In this document: one piece after another, positions 49,188 through 59,304 of the stretch
How the letters are laid out: every line of letters begins with the position of its first letter
How positions within the stretch are numbered: position 1 is the first letter of the stretch
Virus record (IMG/VR): IMGVR_UViG_3300030104_004245
Coordinates: 1 to 64,000 of that record
From: a virus
Length of the DNA stretch: 64,000 nucleotides
Direction: 5' to 3' (one strand)
Notes under the pieces: generated by a model
What the model was told of the DNA's origin: nothing
The model's database searches: none
What the model saw: the letters and a program-made list of their open reading frames with translations, nothing else
Position numbers and translations under genes: made by a program

Positions 49188-50140
49188 GTAAAATAAAACC
49201 AGCATGGGACGGACAATATCAGTCTTTTAATGAAGCACTGAAATATATGCTTGCTAGGCAAAGTGGTAAAGAGAAATCTATACAAACACCATGGCCTAAG
49301 TTTAATGATGCTATCACAGATGGATTAGAATGGAACACCCTTACTGTTATCGGGGGAAGACCTGGATCAGGTAAAACTTTGATCAAGGATCAGATAGTAA
49401 GAGAATCTTTCATTCTAAATCCAGCTGAAGATTATAGAGTATTAGAATTTAGCTTTGAAATGGTAGGTAGAACTACAGCATTAAGAGAGTTTTCATCTTT
49501 AACTGGTAAAAGTTATAAGGAATTATGTAGTGCAGGAACAAAACTAACTAAGGATACATTTGACAAATGTCATATATATGCTAAAGATAGAATAAAAAGT
49601 CCTGTAGATATCATTACTACACCAATGACTGTAAATCAAATGAGAGATCAAGTAGATATATATATGAATTTACATCAAGGTAAAAAGACTATTATAACTC
49701 TTGATCATAGCATTTTAGTAAAAAGAGCACCGTATCAAAATAACAGATTAGATATGTTATTTGAATTAGGTGAATTTTTTACTCAATGTAAAAGAGATTA
49801 CCCTTGTATGTTTATATGTTTATCACAATTAAATAGAAATATAGATAATCCAGACAGAGCAGTAAATGGTAAGTATGGTAACTATGTATTAGAATCAGAT
49901 ATATTTGGTTCAGATGCAATGCTACAACATGCTGATACTTTAATAGGTATCAACCGACCTGCTAAACAAAAGATTAGATATTATGGACCTGATAGATATA
50001 TAATAGAAAATGATAGAACTTTAGTATTACACTTTCTAAAAGCAAGAAATGGTGATACAAGAATGAGTTTTTTCAAAGCAGAATTTGAAAGAATGCAAAT
50101 AACTGAGATGGATACACCACCTCAAGAACAAAGAAGATAA
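49184..50140 (+). CDS. dnaB: DnaB-like replicative helicase (C-terminal ATPase domain only)
   Basis: GGRPGSGKT, FSFEM, TLDH, LSQLNR, QHAD, LKARNG. Confidence 0.9.
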   Translation: MSKIKPAWDGQYQSFNEALKYMLARQSGKEKSIQTPWPKFNDAITDGLEWNTLTVIGGRPGSGKTLIKDQIVRESFILNPAEDYRVLEFSFEMVGRTTALREFSSLTGKSYKELCSAGTKLTKDTFDKCHIYAKDRIKSPVDIITTPMTVNQMRDQVDIYMNLHQGKKTIITLDHSILVKRAPYQNNRLDMLFELGEFFTQCKRDYPCMFICLSQLNRNIDNPDRAVNGKYGNYVLESDIFGSDAMLQHADTLIGINRPAKQKIRYYGPDRYIIENDRTLVLHFLKARNGDTRMSFFKAEFERMQITEMDTPPQEQRR

Positions 50141-50143
50141 TAT

Positions 50144-50617
50144 ATGACACCACAAGAGCGTAAAGCAAAAGTATTTGAATTAAGAAAAGAGCATCAAAGT
50201 TATTTTGAAAAATCAAATAACAAAAATGCATTATATATACCAAAGATGGCATACAGACCTCATGGTAAAGATGAGTTACATGTATCTTTCTTTCCAAGTG
50301 AATTACAAAAAGGTAGAGATATATTTACTGAATTTGTTAGTATTGATTATGACTCAGAAGATCCTAAAAGAACATTGTATTTATTTAAACACAATGCTCA
50401 TTGGGCTGAAGAATATGAAATAGTAACAAGTAGTTCAGGATTTGAAAGACATATTGTACCTGTATCTGAATTAAAAGTAATTAATGATGTAACTGATAGA
50501 AATATACCTATTAAAGAACCAGAATTAGTTAAAAATCCAGAAAAAAGAGAAATAGTAGATGTTCTTATTGGAATTGAAAGAGCATTATTAAGTATAAATC
50601 AAAAATTAAGTAAATAA
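50144..50617 (+). CDS. Hypothetical protein
   Basis: 157 aa ORF. Confidence 0.65.
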   Translation: MTPQERKAKVFELRKEHQSYFEKSNNKNALYIPKMAYRPHGKDELHVSFFPSELQKGRDIFTEFVSIDYDSEDPKRTLYLFKHNAHWAEEYEIVTSSSGFERHIVPVSELKVINDVTDRNIPIKEPELVKNPEKREIVDVLIGIERALLSINQKLSK

Positions 50618-51300
50618 TGGCACAATCAGTATTAGTTATAGCTGACTCCGGGTCAGGTAAATCAACATCAATTAGGGACTTAGAACCTAAAGAGACATTT
50701 ATTATTAACATTGCTAATAAACCTCTACCATTTAAAGGATGGAAGAAAAATTATACAGTAATTGGTAAAGATAATTTAAAAGGAAACATGACAGCAGTGT
50801 CTAGTTCTGCAGGAATTATTAAAGCCATGATGCATGTTAATGATAAAATGCCTCATATAAAAAATCTAGTAATAGATGATTGGCAATATATGTCAAGTTT
50901 TGAATATTTTGACAGAGCCAATGAAAAAGGATATGATAAATTCACTCAAATTGCAGCTAATTTAGCACAAGTAGCTAAATTACCTAAAGATATGAGAGAT
51001 GATTTATATATATTCTTTTTGACACACTCTGAAGAATCAACAGATGTGAATGGACATAGAAAAGTTAAAGCAAAAACTATTGGTAAAATGATAGACAACA
51101 CTTTAACTTTAGAAGGTTTATTCTCTATAGTTTTATTTGGCAAAGTAGTCAAAGATGAAAATGATAAGTTAAGTTATGTATTTGAAACAGTTAATAATGG
51201 AGAAAATACTTGTAAATCACCAGACGGTATGTTTGATGATGCACGTATAGATAATTCATTAAAAGTTGTTAAAGATGCAATTATTGAATATGAAAATTAA
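50617..51300 (+). CDS. AAA_24/Sak4-like ATPase (single-strand annealing)
   Basis: ADSGSGKST, VIDDWQY, KTIGKMID, CKSPDGMF. Confidence 0.8.
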   Translation: MAQSVLVIADSGSGKSTSIRDLEPKETFIINIANKPLPFKGWKKNYTVIGKDNLKGNMTAVSSSAGIIKAMMHVNDKMPHIKNLVIDDWQYMSSFEYFDRANEKGYDKFTQIAANLAQVAKLPKDMRDDLYIFFLTHSEESTDVNGHRKVKAKTIGKMIDNTLTLEGLFSIVLFGKVVKDENDKLSYVFETVNNGENTCKSPDGMFDDARIDNSLKVVKDAIIEYEN

Positions 51301-51307
51301 TTAAAAG

Positions 51308-52027
51308 ATGAACGAAACAAATTTAAAAAATAAAGTTATGTTAAATACTAAAGACATGTCTGCAGGAAGTGGACGAACTAAACCAGTTTTAGAACCAGGT
51401 AATCATGAAATAAAAATTAATTCTATTACCTTAGATCAAACACCGTATGATGCTGATTCATACAATATACATTTACACGTAGAAACACAACCAGTTGGTG
51501 GTGATTTTGAAGGTTTCTTTAGAGATTATAATAATCAATCATTAGGTAGATATGATGGTCAAGTTGGAAGAGTAAGAATAAGTCCTTTTCCATTTAAAGA
51601 CACTACATTACCAAGTGGTAGAGAAATTAGTAGAGATCAAGAGATTCTAAAACATATGATTACTCTTGCTGAAACATTAGATATGAGAGATGGATTAGAT
51701 TCTATTGAAGCAGAAACTATAGAAAAGTTTATGACTGAATGTAATACTTTATTTACAGGTGAAAAAGGCTCTAAGTTTATAAATATGTGTATAGGTGGCC
51801 GTGAATGGGAAAATAAAGAAGGTTATGTAAATAATGATCTTTTCTTACCACGTATATCTAAAGATGGTATTGCAATGGAAGCAGTAGATGCAGAAAACTC
51901 TAGATTACTTAAGTTTGATCGTGCTATGCATGTAAAAGCTTTAGTTAAGAAAAGTGTTAATCCAAATGGTGCTGAAGAAATACCATTTAAAGCAGACTCA
52001 GGATCAGGTTCTGATTTTGAGCTTTAA
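51308..52027 (+). CDS. Putative ssDNA-binding protein (Sak4 partner)
   Basis: Follows the Sak4-like ATPase; 'LEPGNHEIKI' start and acidic-aromatic tail SGSDFEL. Confidence 0.55.
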   Translation: MNETNLKNKVMLNTKDMSAGSGRTKPVLEPGNHEIKINSITLDQTPYDADSYNIHLHVETQPVGGDFEGFFRDYNNQSLGRYDGQVGRVRISPFPFKDTTLPSGREISRDQEILKHMITLAETLDMRDGLDSIEAETIEKFMTECNTLFTGEKGSKFINMCIGGREWENKEGYVNNDLFLPRISKDGIAMEAVDAENSRLLKFDRAMHVKALVKKSVNPNGAEEIPFKADSGSGSDFEL

Positions 52028-52053
52028 TAATTATATTAATTATTAAGTTAACA

Positions 52054-52090
52054 GGAAGAAGGGAGGTTTAATCAAGTACCTCCCTTTTTC
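52054..52090 (+). terminator. Rho-independent terminator
   Basis: GAAGGGAGGT...ACCTCCCTTTTTC. Confidence 0.7.
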
Positions 52091-52098
52091 TATTAGCC

Positions 52099-53052
52099 AT
52101 GATAAGTACAAAGAATCTCATATTAGATGGATCTAAAGTTCCAAGTACATGGGTGTTTGAGTTCTATCTGGATTTACCAGAAAGACTAAACGGACAGAAT
52201 GTACAGATTAAATCTGTATTTCATCCTACTGAAAGAACTCCAAGCATGTGGGTATTTGTGGACAAAGGTCAATATAAATTCAAAGATTTTTCAACCGGTA
52301 AAGGTGGTAATAAAATTGATTTAGTTAAAGAACTATTTAGTGTAGATTATTCTAAAGCAGTATTTAAAATAGGTCAAGATTATAATAAATTTATCACAGA
52401 AAAAGGTGAATATTCTCAATCTACTATAAAACCAGAAGCTAAATATAAAGTTGATAGTGTAAAAATAAGAAATTGGAATAAATATGATAAAAGATTTTGG
52501 TTACAGTTTAATATAGGTGAAGATATATTATATAAATATAATGTAAAACCACTTGAATTTTACCATATGGTTAAAGAAGATAACAAGATAACTATCCAAC
52601 AACCTTATATATATGGTTACTTTACTAAGAATGAAATTTATAAGATTTATCAACCAAGAAATAAGAAGTTTAAATTTATCAAAGTTAAACCTCATCTTCA
52701 AGGTATAGATCAATTAGAATATAAACAACCTTATCTTGTTATATGTTCTTCTTTGAAAGATGCAATGTGTTTAAAACAATTTGGATATAATATTGAAGTT
52801 ATTGCACCTGACTCAGAGAATACTATGATAAAACCATATATTATTGAAAATCTTAAGAAAAAGTATGAAAAAGTTGTAACTTTATTTGATAATGATGTTG
52901 CCGGACATGCAGCTGTAAATAAATATTTACTGCATTTTAACATAAAAGGCACATGGTTAGACAGTAGCAAAGACATTGCTGATCTTGTAAAAGAGAAAGG
53001 TTTTGATGCTGCTCATAAAGAAATTAAAGTTAAACTTAAAAATGTTTTATGA
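52099..53052 (+). CDS. DnaG-like DNA primase (TOPRIM)
   Basis: Degenerate Zn-ribbon (SVFH..ERTPS..KDFSTG), SSLKD, LFDNDVAG, KDIAD. Confidence 0.8.
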   Translation: MISTKNLILDGSKVPSTWVFEFYLDLPERLNGQNVQIKSVFHPTERTPSMWVFVDKGQYKFKDFSTGKGGNKIDLVKELFSVDYSKAVFKIGQDYNKFITEKGEYSQSTIKPEAKYKVDSVKIRNWNKYDKRFWLQFNIGEDILYKYNVKPLEFYHMVKEDNKITIQQPYIYGYFTKNEIYKIYQPRNKKFKFIKVKPHLQGIDQLEYKQPYLVICSSLKDAMCLKQFGYNIEVIAPDSENTMIKPYIIENLKKKYEKVVTLFDNDVAGHAAVNKYLLHFNIKGTWLDSSKDIADLVKEKGFDAAHKEIKVKLKNVL

Positions 53053-53456
53053 AGTGGTTTATACCAGGTAACGTTCCAAGTAGTAAAAATGGAAGAAGAT
53101 GGACAGGAAGATATTTTGTGTCCAGCAAAGCAACAACTAAATATAGAAAAGCAACAGCTAAGTACTATGATCAGTTTAGAAAAGGCTTTAGGAAGCAATT
53201 ATCTAAACTAGAATTACCGGTAAAAATATCATTTAAGTTCATCAGAGGATCTAAGCATAAGTTTGATTATATTAATCCTGCACAGACAGTGCAAGATGAT
53301 ATGGTTAAACATCATTGGATAGATGATGATAATTGTGAAAACATTCTACCTGTATTTGAACCTTATGAATATGATAAGGAGAATCCAGGCGTAGAAATTA
53401 AGTTAATTAAAAATGGAAACAAAACTAAAAAGAAACCTAGCAGTTCAAGTGATTAA
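53049..53456 (+). CDS. RusA-like Holliday junction resolvase
   Basis: 'PGNVPSSKN', 'FDYIN..Q.VQD.M...WIDDDN'. Confidence 0.7.
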   Translation: MKWFIPGNVPSSKNGRRWTGRYFVSSKATTKYRKATAKYYDQFRKGFRKQLSKLELPVKISFKFIRGSKHKFDYINPAQTVQDDMVKHHWIDDDNCENILPVFEPYEYDKENPGVEIKLIKNGNKTKKKPSSSSD

Positions 53457-53787
53457 AGATCACAATATATCAAAAATAGAAATAGATTATAGTGGTGGTG
53501 GTGATGACGGATGTTTAGATGCAGTTAGATATGAAGACATTAATGGTAATAATATTGATGTTAAATTAGATGGTGAAGTAGAAGCAGAATGGGATGACTT
53601 ACTATATAATATGTTAAGTGAAAACATAGAGTGGGATTGGATTAACAATGATGGAGGATACGGTCAAATGACAATTGATTGTACAAAAACTCCATGGAAA
53701 GTTAATATTAATCACACACAACGTGTTTGTGAAGATCATTATTATGATTGTGATTTTGATACTGAAGATAAACAACATTTCTTTTAA
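53413..53787 (+). CDS. Acidic protein (YSGGGDDG motif, DUF6878-like)
   Basis: 'IDYSGGGDDG', 'DWINNDGGYG'. Confidence 0.6.
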   Translation: METKLKRNLAVQVIKDHNISKIEIDYSGGGDDGCLDAVRYEDINGNNIDVKLDGEVEAEWDDLLYNMLSENIEWDWINNDGGYGQMTIDCTKTPWKVNINHTQRVCEDHYYDCDFDTEDKQHFF

Positions 53788-54134
53788 TGGCACACCCAAA
53801 TATTCATGCCAAATCTTCTGTAAAGAAGTTTGGTGGGTGTCCTGATGATTACATACATATACATAACTGGTTAGATGCAACAAAAAGTTGGGTGGGCAAT
53901 CACTTACACAGAATGTTTCGTCATCACAGTGAAGGTATATTTGAATGTGAAAGAAAATTTGGGCCAGTATTTAAAAATTCAGATGGTAAACCTGTTTATA
54001 CAAGATATGTTGCAGAGCAGCATGTAAGAGAGGATTGTAATAACTACATTCCCTCTGCAAAAGAATGGTTGGACAATATACACAAGGAAAAACTACCCTT
54101 GTGGATGATTAAAACAATGAAAATCAATGATTAG
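53787..54134 (+). CDS. His-rich putative metal-binding protein (DUF6915-like)
   Basis: 'HPNIHAKSS..KFGG...IHNWLD..K...HRMFRHH...AEQHVRED'. Confidence 0.65.
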   Translation: MAHPNIHAKSSVKKFGGCPDDYIHIHNWLDATKSWVGNHLHRMFRHHSEGIFECERKFGPVFKNSDGKPVYTRYVAEQHVREDCNNYIPSAKEWLDNIHKEKLPLWMIKTMKIND

Positions 54135-54549
54135 TTTAAAAGAATATAAAAAATTAAGAGAACTCCTCCACGGATCTGATGAAGATTATAACGTAGGCTG
54201 TGAGAATATAAAAAACATGAAAGAAGTAACATCTATTACAAAAATGCTATTTGCTAAATCTTTAATGTTTGGTAAAAGGCAAGACTTTTGTGAAAAGTTT
54301 AAAATAGACTACCATAGTGTTAAAGAATGGAATGATATGTTTAAAGATCTTAATGATACTTTAGGTATAAGAATTGAACAAGAAATTATAGAGTTTGAAG
54401 TACACAAACAGATGCTTCCTGTCTTTACAAGTACTTGGAAGTTTATTAAAAATGTTAAAATTGAACTTGATTGGGATCATCAGAAACCAATTGAACCAGT
54501 TAGTAAAGAAGAACAACGTGAAATAGACAATATAGCAAATAATTTATAA
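54127..54549 (+). CDS. Hypothetical protein sharing a helical motif with 56981 and 58036
   Basis: N-terminus ISLKEYKKLRELLHGSDEDYNVGCENIKN. Confidence 0.6.
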   Translation: MISLKEYKKLRELLHGSDEDYNVGCENIKNMKEVTSITKMLFAKSLMFGKRQDFCEKFKIDYHSVKEWNDMFKDLNDTLGIRIEQEIIEFEVHKQMLPVFTSTWKFIKNVKIELDWDHQKPIEPVSKEEQREIDNIANNL

Positions 54550-55715
54550 TGGATATACAAGATAAACTAGCAAGAGCTTGTAAGTCACTAATATTAAGAG
54601 AGCCCTTTTATGGGCTCTTTTTAATTGGACTTAACAAGAAAATAAGAAAAGACGTCCCAACAGCGGGTGTCAGTAAAAATGGTATAGGTATACAATTATC
54701 TATTAACCCGGATTTCTTTATGGGAATACCAGATGAGCACCAGATAGGTCTACTTAAACATGAACTACTGCACGTTTCATTTGGGCATCTTATGATGAGA
54801 GACTCTTATCCTAACAAGAAGTTGTTTAATATTGCTGCAGATCTTGAGATCAATCAGTATATAAGTACAAGCATGCTTCCTGAAGGTGGATTAACTTTAG
54901 ATAGTTTTCCTGAGTTAAAATTACCAAAGAAAGCCGGTACTAAAAAGTATTATGATTTATTAGAACAAGAATGCAAGGATAATCCTTGTCAGTCACTAGA
55001 ATCTATACTTGATCAAATGGATGGTGACAGTCAATATGATCATAAAACATGGGAAGAGTTTGAAGATCTTACAGAAGCAGAGAAGAAGTTAGTTGAAAGA
55101 CAAATTGAGCATCAACTAAAAGAAACTGCAGAACAAACTGAAAAAAGAAGAGGAAATATTCCAGGTGAATTAGCTGAATTAATTAGTAAGCTAAGAACCG
55201 TGCTCCCTCCATCATTTGATTGGAAGGGCTATTTAAAAAGATTTGTGGGTAACTCCGTGTTTACTTTCACAAAGAAGTTGAGAAGAAAATTCAACAAAAG
55301 GTATACAGATAATCCAGGTCTAAAGATAAAACACAAAAATCATATATTGATTGGTGTTGATACTTCAGCATCTGTTAACACGAAGGAACTAGAACATTTT
55401 ATGAGTGAAATGGTTCATGTTCAGAAAACGGGACATCAAATAACTGTAGCACAATGTGACACAGGTATAAGTGATATATCCCCTTTTAATAGTAAACAGG
55501 ATTGGCAAATAAAAGGTAGAGGAGGTACAGACTTCCAGCCGGTTATTGACCACTTCAATGAGATGAGAGGTAGATATACTGCCCTTATATATTTAACAGA
55601 TGGTGAAGCACCAGCTCCAGAGAACTGCCCAAAGAACACATTATGGGTTCTTAGTGCAGATTCTAATTGGACTGATCATTTACCAGGAAAAACAATTCAA
55701 TTAAACACACATTAA
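54549..55715 (+). CDS. Metallopeptidase (HExxH) - vWA fusion (DUF2201-like)
   Basis: LKHELLH, NIAADLEINQ, VDTSAS MIDAS-like motif, GRGGTDF, YLTDG. Confidence 0.85.
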   Translation: MDIQDKLARACKSLILREPFYGLFLIGLNKKIRKDVPTAGVSKNGIGIQLSINPDFFMGIPDEHQIGLLKHELLHVSFGHLMMRDSYPNKKLFNIAADLEINQYISTSMLPEGGLTLDSFPELKLPKKAGTKKYYDLLEQECKDNPCQSLESILDQMDGDSQYDHKTWEEFEDLTEAEKKLVERQIEHQLKETAEQTEKRRGNIPGELAELISKLRTVLPPSFDWKGYLKRFVGNSVFTFTKKLRRKFNKRYTDNPGLKIKHKNHILIGVDTSASVNTKELEHFMSEMVHVQKTGHQITVAQCDTGISDISPFNSKQDWQIKGRGGTDFQPVIDHFNEMRGRYTALIYLTDGEAPAPENCPKNTLWVLSADSNWTDHLPGKTIQLNTH

Positions 55716-55716
55716 A

Positions 55717-56979
55717 ATGGCACAAGTAAATTTAAATATAGATGAACTAAACGGTTTTGTAAACCATATAATAAAGAATAATAGATTTATTCAAGAACAA
55801 GGAAAAAATCCAGTTGCTGTAGAAGTAGTTGGTGAATCAGGTATAGGTAAAACTTCAGCTGTACTACAATTAGCTAAAGATAATGATTTAGATTTTGTTA
55901 AACTTAATTTAGCTCAGATAGAGGAATTAGGTGATTTAGTAGGTTTTCCTGTAAGACAATTTCAAATGTTTACTGAAAAACAAGTTACAAAGAAGATTGA
56001 TGATCTTAATTATACAGTAGCTCAAAGAGCTGCAGCATCTGCACAAGTTGCAAATGCTTCTATGACTAAGAAAGTTGGACAATGGGTTGATGAACTAGCA
56101 GTTGAAGAGTATCTTAGAAAAGGATGGAAGATGACCGGTAAGAATAGAATGTCTTATTGTGCACCAGAATGGATTGCAGACAAAAAGAAAGGAGGTATAC
56201 TTCTTCTTGATGACTGGAACCGTGCTGATGTTAGATTTATTCAAGCAGTAATGGAGCTGGTTGACAGACAACAGTATATTTCTTGGACATTACCTGAAGA
56301 TTGGCACATAATTTTAACTTCAAATCCAGATAACGGTGATTATATGGTTAACAGTGTGGATTCTGCACAAAAAACTAGATATATCACTGCTAATCTAAAG
56401 TTTGATGTAAACGTATGGGCAAGATGGGCTGAAGAGCAGCATATTGACACTCGTTGTATTAACTTCTTATTACTTCATCCTGAATTAGTTAACAAAGAAA
56501 CAAATGCAAGGGCTATAACAGCATTCTTCAATTCTATTTCAAGTTTTGAAAAATTTGAAGATGACCTGAGCATGATCCAAATGATTGGTGAAGGTTCAGT
56601 TGGGGACACGTTTGCTTCTATGTTTACTACGTTTATTAACAACAAGCTGGACAAGCTGGTCACGCCTAAAGATATGTTGACACATGAAAACCAAGATTGG
56701 GTTATTGGAGAACTAAATAGTGTTCTAGGAAAAGGTGACACATATAGAGCAGATATTGCATCTACTCTTGCAACAAGGTTGGCTAACTATTCAGTTGTTT
56801 ATGCTAATGAAAATACTGTAACACCAAAGATAAATGAAAGATTAATAGCATTATGCACAAAAGATGTATTTGCTAATGATCTAAAATATCTTATTGTTAG
56901 AACTATTTTCAACGGTAATAAAACTAAGTTTAACAAAATGATGATGAATCCAGAAATCATCAAGATGACAATGAAATAA
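55717..56979 (+). CDS. MoxR-like AAA+ ATPase
   Basis: GESGIGKT Walker A, LLLDDWNRA Walker B, TSNP sensor; adjacent to the vWA gene. Confidence 0.85.
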   Translation: MAQVNLNIDELNGFVNHIIKNNRFIQEQGKNPVAVEVVGESGIGKTSAVLQLAKDNDLDFVKLNLAQIEELGDLVGFPVRQFQMFTEKQVTKKIDDLNYTVAQRAAASAQVANASMTKKVGQWVDELAVEEYLRKGWKMTGKNRMSYCAPEWIADKKKGGILLLDDWNRADVRFIQAVMELVDRQQYISWTLPEDWHIILTSNPDNGDYMVNSVDSAQKTRYITANLKFDVNVWARWAEEQHIDTRCINFLLLHPELVNKETNARAITAFFNSISSFEKFEDDLSMIQMIGEGSVGDTFASMFTTFINNKLDKLVTPKDMLTHENQDWVIGELNSVLGKGDTYRADIASTLATRLANYSVVYANENTVTPKINERLIALCTKDVFANDLKYLIVRTIFNGNKTKFNKMMMNPEIIKMTMK

Positions 56980-56980
56980 G

Positions 56981-58039
56981 ATGAGTAAAGTTTATAATTG
57001 TACTTTGGGTGCTATTAAAGAGCAGTTAGAAGACTTTGGTTTAGATGGGCAGCCTGTATATCAGGTTGCTCTATCTAGACAAAGTTGGGATATGGGTCAA
57101 GCCATATTCTCTGATCTAAATAACACTTATAAAGTATTTCAGAGATATTTTAATGATGAGATAGATGTAGTAGATCTAACTCAATATAAAAAAGCTTTTG
57201 TGTTTCCAGGATGCCCGGTATCACTACCTAGGTTAAAGGAAGCATTAAGAGAGCACAAAATCACTGTAACAAATGATTTTAGTAAAGCTGATTTCTTTGT
57301 AACCCATAACGAATGGAGTAAATACCATAGTGATGGTGAGTCAATTAGAACTAACACCATGATGTTTAAAGCTATGAACTATGAAGCTATGGATATTAGT
57401 GCAAGTGAGAACTTAGCTCTTAAAAATGAAGAGCCAAATGTTGATCCTGCTATTCAAATTGTATTTGATGATAAGATGGCAGAGACATATAGTAGAAATA
57501 GTTTAGATTATGAAGCTGATTTGTATGAAAAATGGGTATTTACACCATTAGCTATACAAATTGCATATCGTATTAGACATGAACAAATACCGGTTATATA
57601 TGCTGAAACATGTTTAAATGAGTCAGCAAATAAAACAGTTCTTGATGAACAACTATTAGATGATGTTATTAGAATGATTCAACATGGTAGTGAAGAAGAA
57701 AGAGAAATGGTTAAAAAAATTGTACCAGCTATTGACTATAGAAAGAAAAAACATCTTCTATGGAAACTAGCAAAAGAGACAAGTGGTTATATGTATAGGT
57801 TTAATAGAGATAAAGATTTAAATTATTGGGCAGATAAAGCTCGGTTTCATACATATGGACGCCATAATGCTGAGGACATGATTAAACAGTTAGAGGAAGA
57901 AGAATGTCTTGATGCAGAATCATTTAGATATCTTGAACCTATTGTTCGTAAAGAGATTAGTATTAATAATAGAGAACTATATACCTTTAAAGTGCAAGTT
58001 AAAGAGGAGTATAGAAAATATTTAAAAATTAAAAAATGA
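56981..58039 (+). CDS. Hypothetical protein, BRCT-like N-domain + shared helical motif
   Basis: 'FVFPGCPVSLPRLKEALREHKITVTNDFSKADFFV'; paralogous to the next gene. Confidence 0.6.
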   Translation: MSKVYNCTLGAIKEQLEDFGLDGQPVYQVALSRQSWDMGQAIFSDLNNTYKVFQRYFNDEIDVVDLTQYKKAFVFPGCPVSLPRLKEALREHKITVTNDFSKADFFVTHNEWSKYHSDGESIRTNTMMFKAMNYEAMDISASENLALKNEEPNVDPAIQIVFDDKMAETYSRNSLDYEADLYEKWVFTPLAIQIAYRIRHEQIPVIYAETCLNESANKTVLDEQLLDDVIRMIQHGSEEEREMVKKIVPAIDYRKKKHLLWKLAKETSGYMYRFNRDKDLNYWADKARFHTYGRHNAEDMIKQLEEEECLDAESFRYLEPIVRKEISINNRELYTFKVQVKEEYRKYLKIKK

Positions 58040-59304
58040 CAGATTTAAAACAAATATGGTTAATTAGTATTGACCCAAGTAAAGTAGATAAAGTAAGTAA
58101 CGCTTTGGTAATGCAAAATGGTAGTGTTAAAGTAAAACAATTGGGTCATTATATAGAATCAGGTGATAATAGTGGTAGGTATAGAAATAAAACTAATAAC
58201 ACAAAGATTAAAGAAATAATGGATGATATTCCTACTATTACATCTGATGATCTTAAAAATGCCACGGCACTATTTAGATTTCCTAGACTTAGTTTATCAA
58301 GAGATAAGGTAAAAATACTACAAGAAAAGTTTGATCTTAAGTTGAAAAGAGATTTTCACCAGGCAGACTATGGTATTGTATCTGAAAAGTATTTTGATGG
58401 ATTATTTGTTACTAGATGGTTAGCATCAGCAGATCCTGCAGATGTACTTTCTTGGGCACAAGTTTATCAAGATTGTTTTGAAGAGGATCTTTTTGATGAA
58501 ATTGTAAATGAATTAAATAAGATACCTGCAGATGCTCATGTTGTATATGAATCAGAATGGTTTAGTTCATATTACCACGAGGGTGCTAGTAATCTTGATA
58601 GATATTCTAAGATGTCAGAAAAAGTAAGAAATGTAGGAGGTAGTAGTAAGTATCATTATTACATTGAATCATTAGATCAATGGAATGATATACAAGCTAA
58701 TTTACCTAAACTTGTTTGGGATAGTAATATTAATGAACTTGCTACAGAAGACTCTGAAGTATTAACAGAAGAAATGTATATACAACTTAAAACTATGCTT
58801 GGTTGGGAAAAGACCGAAAGTGGTTGTGGTTGGCAAGGTACTAGAGACAAAGAGAATATGAATCTAGCTTTGAGCATTATTGCTAATTGTAATATTCAAA
58901 AGTCTCATACATATTTAGCACTATTATTTTCATTCTTAAGTGACTCTATGAAAGATTCATCTGTTTGGAATACTGTTAACTTTAAGTCCGTAAGGAAGAA
59001 GTTTGAAAAGTATATACAAATGAATGGTTGGAACTGGTGTCATAATTATAATTATTTAATTGAATATTTAGTTAAAGATAATGCATTAACTAAAATTGCT
59101 TGGAAAGAAGTTGCTCAAAAAATGTATGATGATGTATTGTCATCTCAAATGGGTGTTGATAGTAAAAATGTATTTAGTATCAGTCCTGAGAGTATCCAAT
59201 TAAAACCGGAACTTAAAAAAAGAGTAATGCCAAGTCAAGAAGATCTACAATATATGGAAGATCTTGTTGATATGCACACTGAATCACATGATTATGCAAG
59301 ATAA
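58036..59304 (+). CDS. Hypothetical protein, BRCT-like domain + shared helical motif
   Basis: 'FRFPRLSLSRDKVKILQEKFDLKLKRDFHQADYGIV'. Confidence 0.6.
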   Translation: MTDLKQIWLISIDPSKVDKVSNALVMQNGSVKVKQLGHYIESGDNSGRYRNKTNNTKIKEIMDDIPTITSDDLKNATALFRFPRLSLSRDKVKILQEKFDLKLKRDFHQADYGIVSEKYFDGLFVTRWLASADPADVLSWAQVYQDCFEEDLFDEIVNELNKIPADAHVVYESEWFSSYYHEGASNLDRYSKMSEKVRNVGGSSKYHYYIESLDQWNDIQANLPKLVWDSNINELATEDSEVLTEEMYIQLKTMLGWEKTESGCGWQGTRDKENMNLALSIIANCNIQKSHTYLALLFSFLSDSMKDSSVWNTVNFKSVRKKFEKYIQMNGWNWCHNYNYLIEYLVKDNALTKIAWKEVAQKMYDDVLSSQMGVDSKNVFSISPESIQLKPELKKRVMPSQEDLQYMEDLVDMHTESHDYAR

